This document shows positions 56,595 to 64,000 of a stretch of 64,000 bases of DNA, in pieces. The stretch's first letter is position 1; each line of letters begins with the position of its first letter. A program made the translations under genes and the position numbers. Location: positions 4,016-68,015 of the forward strand of contig CAMZLW010000079.1 of the NCBI GenBank assembly GCA_947311785.1. Direction: 5' to 3'. The notes under the pieces were generated by a model. It was not told the origin of the DNA and made no database searches. It worked only from the letters and a program-made list of their open reading frames with translations. The stretch is from an uncultured Ignavibacteriales bacterium (GTDB taxonomy: Bacteria > Bacteroidota > Ignavibacteria > Ignavibacteriales > Melioribacteraceae).

Positions 56595-57200
56595 ATGTCG
56601 AAAGGTATGAAAATAGGGTTAGGAATAGTTGGAGTATTAGTTCTAATAGTTATTATGACAATTAGCTGGTTTGTTGGGCATTACAACACGCTTGTAACTT
56701 TGGAAGAAAATGTAACGCAGTCGTGGAGCCAGGTTGAAAACCAATATCAAAGACGTATGGATTTAATCCCTAATTTAGTTAATACGGTTAAGGGCTATGC
56801 CACACACGAAAAAGAAACATTTTTAGCTGTAACAGAAGCTCGTTCAAAGGTAAACAATATTAATGTAAGTTCAGATATGTTAAATAATCCTCAAGCATTT
56901 CAAAAATTTCAACAAGCACAAGCTGGTTTAGGTTCGGCACTTTCTCGTTTGTTGGTAACGGTTGAAAAATATCCCGACTTAAAAGCAAATGAAAATTTCT
57001 TGCAGCTTCAAGCACAGTTGGAAGGAACGGAAAATAGAATTTCTGTTGAACGCAGAAAATTTAATAAAGCTGTACAAGGCTACAACACAACTATCAGAAG
57101 ATTTCCTGCTAACTTTATTGCTGGCATGACAGGCTTTACACAAAAAGAATACTTCAAATCTATTGAAGGTTCGGATGTTGCACCAAAAGTTAAGTTTTAA
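56595..57200 (+). CDS. lemA: LemA-family membrane protein
   Basis: 201 aa. N-terminal TM helix, YNTLVTLEENV...W.QVENQYQRR.DLIPNLV and RRKFN..V..YN signature. Confidence 0.9.
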   Translation: MSKGMKIGLGIVGVLVLIVIMTISWFVGHYNTLVTLEENVTQSWSQVENQYQRRMDLIPNLVNTVKGYATHEKETFLAVTEARSKVNNINVSSDMLNNPQAFQKFQQAQAGLGSALSRLLVTVEKYPDLKANENFLQLQAQLEGTENRISVERRKFNKAVQGYNTTIRRFPANFIAGMTGFTQKEYFKSIEGSDVAPKVKF

Positions 57201-57204
57201 TTTT

Positions 57205-57975
57205 ATGAATAATAATATTAGAAATAATAAATTTTGTTTTGCTAATACTATCTTTATTAAAATGATAGTATTAGTTTTTTTCTATTTTGGAATTAGTAAT
57301 ATTTCGGCACAACCTAAAATTCCTCAACTAAAACAATATGCAAACGATTTAACCAATACAATTTCCGCTTCGCAATTATCACAATTGAGCCAAGAGCTAA
57401 AAAAGTTTGATGATGCTACATCCAATCAAATTATTTTGCTTATAATTCCTACTCTTGATGGATATCCATTGGATATGTATGCAAATGAAGTTGCCGAAAA
57501 AAATAGAATTGGAACAAAAGGAAATGATAATGGAATTCTTTTTCTTGTTGTTAAGAACGATAGAAAAATGAGAATTGAAGTTGGTTACGGATTAGAAGGT
57601 GCTTTGCCCGATGCCTTGGCAAGTTCAATAATTAGAAATGAAGTTGCTCCTTATTTTAAGCGTGATGATTATGCATCTGGTGTTATTGCTGGTCTTTCTG
57701 CAATTATTTCTGCCACAAAAGGTGAATACACAAACACTAGAAAGCAACGAGACAACGATGAAGATGGCGGTTTTCCATGGGGCTTTTTGGTTTTCATAAT
57801 TATCTTTTTAGTTTTTGGAAAAAATCGTGGCGGACTTGGAACTTTACTTTTACTCGGTGCCCTTGGTGGTGGCGGACGTAGTAGTGGCGGTTTTGGTGGC
57901 GGTGGATTTTCTGGTGGTGGTTTCAGCGGCGGAGGCGGTGGCTTTGGCGGTGGTGGTGCTAGCGGTGGCTGGTAA
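57205..57975 (+). CDS. TPM-domain (YgcG-like) protein with TM helix and Gly-rich tail
   Basis: ATG at 57205, 4 nt after the lemA stop. TPM core NQIILLIIPTLDG...GILFLVVKNDRKMRIEVGYGLEG, then a TM helix and GGGRSSGGFGGGGFSGGGFSGGGGGFGGGGASGGW. Confidence 0.88.
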   Translation: MNNNIRNNKFCFANTIFIKMIVLVFFYFGISNISAQPKIPQLKQYANDLTNTISASQLSQLSQELKKFDDATSNQIILLIIPTLDGYPLDMYANEVAEKNRIGTKGNDNGILFLVVKNDRKMRIEVGYGLEGALPDALASSIIRNEVAPYFKRDDYASGVIAGLSAIISATKGEYTNTRKQRDNDEDGGFPWGFLVFIIIFLVFGKNRGGLGTLLLLGALGGGGRSSGGFGGGGFSGGGFSGGGGGFGGGGASGGW

Positions 57976-57977
57976 TT

Positions 57978-58322
57978 GTGAATGTTACTGAAGGGGTTAA
58001 ACTATTTAATGATGGAAGTTATTTTGAAGCTCACGATTATTTTGAAGAACTTTGGAATTGTTCTTCTGGCAAAGAGCGAGAGTTCTATCAAGGATTGGTT
58101 CAAGTATCAGTTGGTGCTTTTCATTTTAGTAGCCAAAATTTTGAAGGTGCTTTTAGTCAATTTTCTAAAGGTGTAAAAAAGTTGGAACAATATTCTAACA
58201 ATTACAAGAACTTAAATTTATTGCAATTTAGACACGATATAAATTTCTTAAGTAAAGAAATAACTCTTTTTTTTTCAAAAAAAAAGCATACTTTTGAAGT
58301 ATTAAAAATACATCTTATTTAA
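57978..58322 (+). CDS. DUF309-domain protein
   Basis: 114 aa from GTG 57978, 2 nt after the TPM stop. GVKLFNDGSYFEAHDYFEELW...FYQGLVQVSVGAFH is the DUF309 hallmark. Confidence 0.75.
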   Translation: MNVTEGVKLFNDGSYFEAHDYFEELWNCSSGKEREFYQGLVQVSVGAFHFSSQNFEGAFSQFSKGVKKLEQYSNNYKNLNLLQFRHDINFLSKEITLFFSKKKHTFEVLKIHLI

Positions 58323-58342
58323 TAAACATTAACAAAACTTAG

Positions 58343-58573
<231 letters not shown>

Positions 58574-58598
58574 AAAATCTTTTATAGATTTAAAACAA

Positions 58599-58640
58599 AA
58601 ACCCAATCATGTTATATTGCATGGTTGGGTTTTTCCTTTT
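58599..58640 (+). terminator. Intrinsic terminator after the ferredoxin gene
   Basis: aaacccaatcat (58599-58610) pairs with atggttgggttt (58621-58632, one G-U pair), followed by ttttcctttt. Confidence 0.75.
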
Positions 58641-58734
58641 TGTAGGAAAACAAACTGTAGTGAAGATTACTACTAAAAGCATTGTTTATAGAGTAATCAT
58701 GCCAATCAAGTAAAATATAAAATTATATTTTTTA

Positions 58735-59760
58735 TTGGATTATAAAGATATGAACCACAAAGCTAAATGGTGGAAAGAGGAAACTAGTAGCAAAGTTAAA
58801 TGCACACTTTGCCCACGCTATTGCATTTTAGCCAATGGACAACAGGGATTTTGTTTTATAAGAAAAAATATTGACGGAACCCTTTATTCTACTGCCTATG
58901 GACGACCAACTGGATTTGCAATTGACCAAATTGAGAAAAAACCGCTTAACCATTTTTATCCAGGCACAGATATTTTAAGCTTTGGCACTGCTGGTTGTAA
59001 TCTTGGTTGCAAGTTTTGCCAGAACTGGACTATGAGTAAATCTAAGCTGGATGAAGTAAACTCCGTTTCTGCAACTCCAGAAGATGTAATAGTTTTAGCA
59101 AAAAAACATAATGTAAAATCTATTGCATTTACTTACAACGACCCCACTATCATTGGGGAATATGTAATTGATGTTTCTAAAATAGCACGGCACGAGGGAA
59201 TTAAATCTGTGATGGTTACAGCAGGTTACATCGATAGTGAGGCTCGCAAAGATGTTTACAAATACATTGATGCAGCTAATGTAGATTTAAAAGCATTCAC
59301 AGAAGATTTTTATCATAACCTTACCGCCTCACAACTCGCTCCTGTATTAGACACAATTAAGTGGTTAAAAAACGAAACAGACATTTGGATAGAACTTACT
59401 ACGCTTTTAATTCCAAACGAAAATGATTCGGATGACGAAATAAAACGAATGTCCAATTGGATTTTAGAAAATATAGGTGATGAAGTGCCTCATCATTTTA
59501 CAGCTTTCCATCCAACATTTAAAATGCAAAATCATCAACAAACACCATTAGCAACGGTTAATAGAGCTAGAGAAATTGCAATGGATACTGGAATTAAATA
59601 TGTATATACAGGTAATGTACACAACCCTGAAGCCGAAACGACCTACTGCCCTAATTGCAAAACTCCTTTAATAGAAAGGGATTGGCACAATGTTAGCACT
59701 AATAAAATTATACAAGGGACGTGTTATAACTGTGGTAAAAAAATTTCAGGAAAGTTTTAA
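58735..59760 (+). CDS. AmmeMemoRadiSam-system-type radical SAM enzyme
   Basis: 341 aa (TTG 58735; ATG 58750 is equally plausible). KAKWWKEE...VKCTLCPRYC...QGFC N-terminal Cys motif, radical-SAM GCNLGCKFCQNW, C-terminal CPNC...CYNCG. Confidence 0.8.
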   Translation: MDYKDMNHKAKWWKEETSSKVKCTLCPRYCILANGQQGFCFIRKNIDGTLYSTAYGRPTGFAIDQIEKKPLNHFYPGTDILSFGTAGCNLGCKFCQNWTMSKSKLDEVNSVSATPEDVIVLAKKHNVKSIAFTYNDPTIIGEYVIDVSKIARHEGIKSVMVTAGYIDSEARKDVYKYIDAANVDLKAFTEDFYHNLTASQLAPVLDTIKWLKNETDIWIELTTLLIPNENDSDDEIKRMSNWILENIGDEVPHHFTAFHPTFKMQNHQQTPLATVNRAREIAMDTGIKYVYTGNVHNPEAETTYCPNCKTPLIERDWHNVSTNKIIQGTCYNCGKKISGKF

Positions 59761-60516
59761 TTACTTTGCAAACTCAGAAACAACAATAGCCGTGGCAGTA
59801 GCAACATTAAGCGATTCGGCATTTCCAAATTTTGGAATTGTAATAATTGAATCAGCAATTTCAAGAAGTCTTTCGGTTGGGCCACTTGCTTCGTTGCTAA
59901 AAACTAAAACCGCCGATTTGCTTTTATTAAAATCATAAATGTTCTCACCATTCATATCAGCACAGAAAATCTTTTTCCCTTTTTGCTTAAATGCTTTTAA
60001 GGTACCAACAATATTTTCTGAAATTTGAATATTAACATGAAATAGTGAACCCATTGTTGAGCGAATAACTTTTGGGTTGTAAATATCTACAGAATTACTA
60101 CTTATAATTATATCATTAATTCCAAACCAATCGCAAGTGCGAATTATTGTTCCAACATTACCTGGATCTGAAATATTTTCTAATGCAACAACAAGTCCTT
60201 TTTTTGTTTCATCAATATATCTTTGTAAAGGAATTTCCATTATTGCCAAAACCCCTTGCGGTGTCTGTGTATCTGCAATAGTTGAAAAATCATTATCGGC
60301 TATTGTTTGAACAATTGTTCTATGTTTGTATTTATTTATTTTTTCGGTGTTGGTTTTAGCAAAACTTTCGGATGCAATAATTACTTCGCAATCAAAATTA
60401 CTTTCAACTGCCTCATCAACCAACCTTTTTCCCTCAACAATAAATTTTTGTTCAATCTTTCGGTATTTAACTTTGTTTAGTGATGTATAATACTTCAACT
60501 CACGTTTGGTAAGCAT
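59761..60516 (-). CDS. TrmH/SpoU-family rRNA 2'-O-methyltransferase (with N-terminal substrate-binding domain)
   Basis: 251 aa. DPGNVGTIIRT, LVFSNEASG and SLNVATATAI SPOUT motifs. Confidence 0.88.
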   Translation of the reverse strand: MLTKRELKYYTSLNKVKYRKIEQKFIVEGKRLVDEAVESNFDCEVIIASESFAKTNTEKINKYKHRTIVQTIADNDFSTIADTQTPQGVLAIMEIPLQRYIDETKKGLVVALENISDPGNVGTIIRTCDWFGINDIIISSNSVDIYNPKVIRSTMGSLFHVNIQISENIVGTLKAFKQKGKKIFCADMNGENIYDFNKSKSAVLVFSNEASGPTERLLEIADSIITIPKFGNAESLNVATATAIVVSEFAK

Positions 60517-62436
60517 CTAATTATTATTCCCAACTTTTTCTATTTTGGGTTTCTGTGCTTTTGTAGTAAGGTTTATTTTTTGTGGTTGTTCACCTAAAAA
60601 TGTTTCCTCTTCAATCCGTTCCAATTCTTTTTTATATTTTTTAACTTTTTCTTTAATCGTTTTTTCAATTGTTATTAGTTGAGAAATATTTGTTGAGCGT
60701 TCCTCTTTTTCAAATTCTGCTTTAGCAATATCATCTTTAGCTTTTACAATTGTTAGTTCAAGGTCATTTATCTTCTCTGATAGAGTATGCGTTATGCTTT
60801 CCTTGTCTTCTATCTCTTTACTAAGTGTTTCATTTTTAACATGATATTCAGTATAGGCTTGGCTACTTTTTTCAAGAAGCGTTGAAAGTTCGTAACTAAT
60901 ACTTCTTCTTTTTTCAATTAGATCTTGAATCTCAAGTTTGTATTTATTAATGGTCATTTTCCCTTCGCTCTCTTTTTTGCGAATAGAAATCACTTTTTCG
61001 TTGATTACTTCTTTTTCATTTTTAAGCTCATCTAATTTAGTTTCAACCGTTTCCTTTTCCTTACGGAGCAACCTTACCATTCCTGTATATTCTGCAAGTT
61101 GTGTGTTGCGTTCAAGAAGCATCTTTTCTTTTTTATTAAAATCTCTGTCTTTTTCAATGATTAATTGTTTTACCGAAGTGAGTTTTGATTTAGCCTCATT
61201 TATCTCTTCGGTAAATTTTTGAGTTGTCTCTGTATAGCTACTTTCAAGTTGTAGAATGTTTTCTTCTACTCTAAATTTTTTCTCTTCAAAATTTAATATC
61301 TCATTTTTAATTTCTTCTAGCTTTTCGTGATAGCTACTCTCTTCTTCTTTTTTTCTAATTAAAGCTCTTTCAATATCATCTTTAATATTTACTTTTTTAT
61401 CAATATCAGATTTTATTTTTCGTTTTTGTTCAATCAAAAGTTCAATATCTTTTCCTAATTCACTTAGTGTTTCATTTCTATTTTTAATTTCAAATTTCAC
61501 ATTATCTAGTTCATTTCGTTTTTGTGAAATTTCATCTGTGAAAATATTTTTTTTCTTTTCATACTCTTTAAATATTTTTTCTTGCGAGTTTAACTCATTT
61601 ATTAATTCGGCAATATTTGTTTGCATATTGCGTCTAATATTTTCATCTTTTTTTAGCATGTCTGATATCGTAGAGTGGTCTTCCTTAATTTGTTCAATCT
61701 GCAATTCAAGGTTAGTTATTTCGGTTGAAATATTACTTTTCTTTTCTTCCAAAGTCTTAAGGGATTTTTCTGTAGCATCGCAATTTATTTCTAATTTAGT
61801 TAATACCTTTTCCTTATCATTAATTACTTTTTCTAACTCGGCTTTTTTATTGTTGCCTTCACTTTCTAGTTCTATAATTTTTTCTTTGTTGGTTTTTATC
61901 TGATTTGCTAATTCTTCCGAAGTCGCTTTTAATTCATTAGTTCTTTCTTCGCCACGAGTAATTTCATCTTTTAATCTGTTTGCTGTCTCGTTAAGTTTGT
62001 TAAGTTTTTCTTCAAGTTCAGATAATTCGGTACTTTTTAATTCAACTGTTGATGTAATTTTGGATAGTTTTACTTCGTTAATTTCTTGTTTCTCTAACAG
62101 ACTATTGTTTGTTTTCTCAACAGTCTTAACGCTTTCTTCTAACTGTTCTTTTTCTTGAGATAATGCACTCATTTGTTTGTTAATCTCAAAAATAGCTTTC
62201 GATTTTGCAACTTTTTCGTCAGCAGAGTTTTTAATAAAATCTTCAATTCTTTGTTCTTCCTTTGATAGCTCAGAAAGTTTTTCTGTCATTGAAATAATTT
62301 TATTTTCAAGTTCGCTCGAAGTATCTTGCTTTGATAGAATGTTATGAATTGTATTTCGTAATTCATCGTTTTCTTTTCTTAATCTGTCTAACTCGGGTGT
62401 TTCTTTCGGATTAAATAACTTCATTGAATAACCCAT
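60517..62436 (-). CDS. Very long Glu/Lys-rich coiled-coil protein of unknown function
   Basis: 639 aa, essentially uninterrupted heptad-like E/K/L/N-rich sequence, no TM helix or enzymatic motif. Its stop TAG abuts the TrmH ATG (TAGATG). An alternative start is at 62424 (MKLFNPK). Confidence 0.6.
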   Translation of the reverse strand: MGYSMKLFNPKETPELDRLRKENDELRNTIHNILSKQDTSSELENKIISMTEKLSELSKEEQRIEDFIKNSADEKVAKSKAIFEINKQMSALSQEKEQLEESVKTVEKTNNSLLEKQEINEVKLSKITSTVELKSTELSELEEKLNKLNETANRLKDEITRGEERTNELKATSEELANQIKTNKEKIIELESEGNNKKAELEKVINDKEKVLTKLEINCDATEKSLKTLEEKKSNISTEITNLELQIEQIKEDHSTISDMLKKDENIRRNMQTNIAELINELNSQEKIFKEYEKKKNIFTDEISQKRNELDNVKFEIKNRNETLSELGKDIELLIEQKRKIKSDIDKKVNIKDDIERALIRKKEEESSYHEKLEEIKNEILNFEEKKFRVEENILQLESSYTETTQKFTEEINEAKSKLTSVKQLIIEKDRDFNKKEKMLLERNTQLAEYTGMVRLLRKEKETVETKLDELKNEKEVINEKVISIRKKESEGKMTINKYKLEIQDLIEKRRSISYELSTLLEKSSQAYTEYHVKNETLSKEIEDKESITHTLSEKINDLELTIVKAKDDIAKAEFEKEERSTNISQLITIEKTIKEKVKKYKKELERIEEETFLGEQPQKINLTTKAQKPKIEKVGNNN

Positions 62437-62473
62437 CTAAATTTATTGAAATAATACTCACTAATATTACAAA

Positions 62474-62503
62474 GTTAAGCAAAAAGAATGATTTTTGCTT
62501 AAC
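62474..62503 (-). terminator. Hairpin terminator downstream of the LytS/LytTR operon
   Basis: Perfect 12-bp stem gttaagcaaaaa (62474-62485) / tttttgcttaac (62492-62503). On the minus strand it is followed by tttg. Confidence 0.55.
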
Positions 62504-62616
62504 GCCAGTCTGTTTTAAAACCAAGAATTTCATTAACCCCATTTCAACATGGGGGTTATGAACCCCCTAACGGATACCTTTGGCAAGTCCGTGAGGATAT
62601 TTACTAGACAGTCTTC

Positions 62617-63369
62617 TTAAGATAAGGAAGCAAAGTACCCTAAAAGTAAAGCACGCTTCTGATTTGAAACGGGAATTGTTGAATTATCTGTTAAAACAAG
62701 AATGCCACCATCAGGTTTATCGAAATGTTGGATGTAGTTTAAATTTACTAAATGCGACTGATGAACTCGCATAAATTCATGCCCCTCAAGTAGTGTTTCG
62801 TATGTTTTTATTGTTTTAGAAACCATAATATTATTACCATTTGAAAGATAAAATATTGTGTAATTGTTTTCGGCTTCGCAACGTATTATATCTTTAATAT
62901 TTACAAGATAAATTCGTTCGGATGTTTTCAAAACAATTTTTTTCAATTCGGGTAGTGAGTTGCTAAAGCTAGAGAGAATTGACTCGAAACGTAAGGAATT
63001 GTTTTCTGCATTGTGTTCGTCAAGAACTCTGCGAACTGTTTTAATTAGCTCGCCACTTATAACTGGTTTCAAGATAAAATCGAACGCACTAAATTTAATT
63101 GCTTTTATTGCATAATCTTGATGGGCAGTAATAAATATCACTTTCATATCGCGATATTCAACATTTTTTAGAATGTCAAATCCAGTTCCATCAGGCAAAT
63201 CAATATCTAGAAATAGTAAATTGGGTTGGTGCTTTTTTATTTCGGCAATGGAAGTTTTTACATCTCCAGCTTGTGCCACAACTTTTATTTCATCAAAACA
63301 TTCTTTAAGCAGTTCGGTAATTACTTCACGTGAATTTTTCTCATCGTCAACTACTATTGCTTTAATCAT
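62617..63369 (-). CDS. LytR/AlgR-family response regulator (REC + LytTR DNA-binding domain)
   Basis: 250 aa. IKAIVVDDE...LLFLDIDLPDGTGFD receiver, with C-terminal LytTR region (IYLVNIKDIIRCEAENNYTIFY...HQSHLVNL). Confidence 0.92.
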   Translation of the reverse strand: MIKAIVVDDEKNSREVITELLKECFDEIKVVAQAGDVKTSIAEIKKHQPNLLFLDIDLPDGTGFDILKNVEYRDMKVIFITAHQDYAIKAIKFSAFDFILKPVISGELIKTVRRVLDEHNAENNSLRFESILSSFSNSLPELKKIVLKTSERIYLVNIKDIIRCEAENNYTIFYLSNGNNIMVSKTIKTYETLLEGHEFMRVHQSHLVNLNYIQHFDKPDGGILVLTDNSTIPVSNQKRALLLGYFASLS

Positions 63370-64000
63370 TTTTTCCCCTTGATAATAAACTTAATGGAAT
63401 CACAAATTTAATACGTGTTCCTCTTCTGTTTTCAGTTTTTGATAAATCTTGAACCACAATATCTATTTTTTCTTTATATATTTTTGTGATATTCGTCAAA
63501 CGCTCATTTGTGATTTCCATTGCAAACGATTTATGATTTGTTTCAGATTTGTTATCTTTGTGTGCCTCAATTCCTATGCCATTATCTTCTATAATAATAG
63601 TTAGTGATTTTTCATCCAAAAAATATTTCACAATAAGAATTTTTTCATTCTCTACAATTTTTCGCAAACCATGCTCAATTGCATTTTCGATAAATGGCTG
63701 TATTAACATTGGAGGAATTTGTAAAGTTTCTGTGTCAATTTTTTCGTCAACTTCTAAGTTAAACTGAAATGAATTTTCGAAACGTAATTGCTGTAACGAA
63801 ATATAATTGTTTAGTATTTCAATTTCCTCTTTTAGCGTGTGGAAGTCATTACGCGAACCTCCAAGAATGGAACGCATCAAAATTGCAAACTGCGAAAGAT
63901 AATCGGAAGCCTCAAATTTTTTGTTCTTCAAAATATAATTCTGAATGGCAATAAGTGCATTAAAAATAAAATGAGGATTCATCTGCGAGCGGAGTAACTT
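63362..64000 (-). CDS. LytS/YehU-type sensor histidine kinase, C-terminal part (5' end beyond the right window edge)
   Basis: The frame stays open to the window edge (rc of 63983-64000 reads KLLRSQ before MNPHFIFNAL). LRSQMNPHFIFNAL is the His_kinase (PF06580-type) H-box. HATPase motifs IENAIEHG and DNGIGI. 8-nt overlap with the regulator gene. Confidence 0.9.
   Translation of the reverse strand, partial: KLLRSQMNPHFIFNALIAIQNYILKNKKFEASDYLSQFAILMRSILGGSRNDFHTLKEEIEILNNYISLQQLRFENSFQFNLEVDEKIDTETLQIPPMLIQPFIENAIEHGLRKIVENEKILIVKYFLDEKSLTIIIEDNGIGIEAHKDNKSETNHKSFAMEITNERLTNITKIYKEKIDIVVQDLSKTENRRGTRIKFVIPLSLLSRGKND

Noticed and set aside
57982-58176. 64-aa ATG-initiated ORF in an alternative frame of the DUF309 gene
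   Set aside because: The GTG-initiated frame at 57978 carries the DUF309 signature (LFNDGSYFEAHDYFEELW). The ATG frame gives a low-complexity Leu/Lys-rich product.

Overview
64-kb, visibly AT-rich (roughly one-third G+C by eye), gene-dense bacterial chromosomal segment. I call about 60 protein-coding genes: two truncated at the window edges, one frameshifted, and one 45-codon gene missed by the ORF track. I also call several intrinsic terminators and one unexplained GC-rich structured intergenic element. I found no rRNA, tRNA, CRISPR array, transposase or integrase. Content is mostly core metabolism and envelope functions: purM, ATP-PEP carboxykinase, carAB, transketolase, secA, P-II, rlmN, acyl-CoA dehydrogenase, an ACR3/arsC arsenic pair, CDF/SSS/DMT/MscS transporters, a TonB-dependent receptor, a 1114-aa multi-PAS hybrid histidine kinase and a LytS/LytTR pair. 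The short Bacteroidetes-type CcmD, Cys-type CcmE, TonB receptor and TPR lipoproteins suggest an FCB-group organism (Ignavibacteria/Chlorobi/Bacteroidota-like); this is inference only. Most notable observations: (i) In the System I cytochrome c maturation operon ccmC-D-E-F, both junctions around ccmE hold a type II toxin-antitoxin cassette. One toxin is frameshifted in an A8 run, and CcmE is the CxxxY (Cys) variant. (ii) A ~150-nt, ~50% G+C, hairpin-rich element sits between convergent genes at 40.2 kb. (iii) There are several tightly coupled clusters of uncharacterised genes. These are DUF2442/YidD-like/two paralogous TPR-membrane proteins (54.1-56.5 kb), two orphan ORFs directly upstream of the ygiQ radical-SAM gene (40.4-43.5 kb), an ATPase/deoxyhypusine-synthase/PIN-TA block (22.8-25.6 kb), and a 639-aa coiled-coil protein abutting a TrmH methyltransferase. 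None of these can be shown to be novel without database searches, which I could not run.
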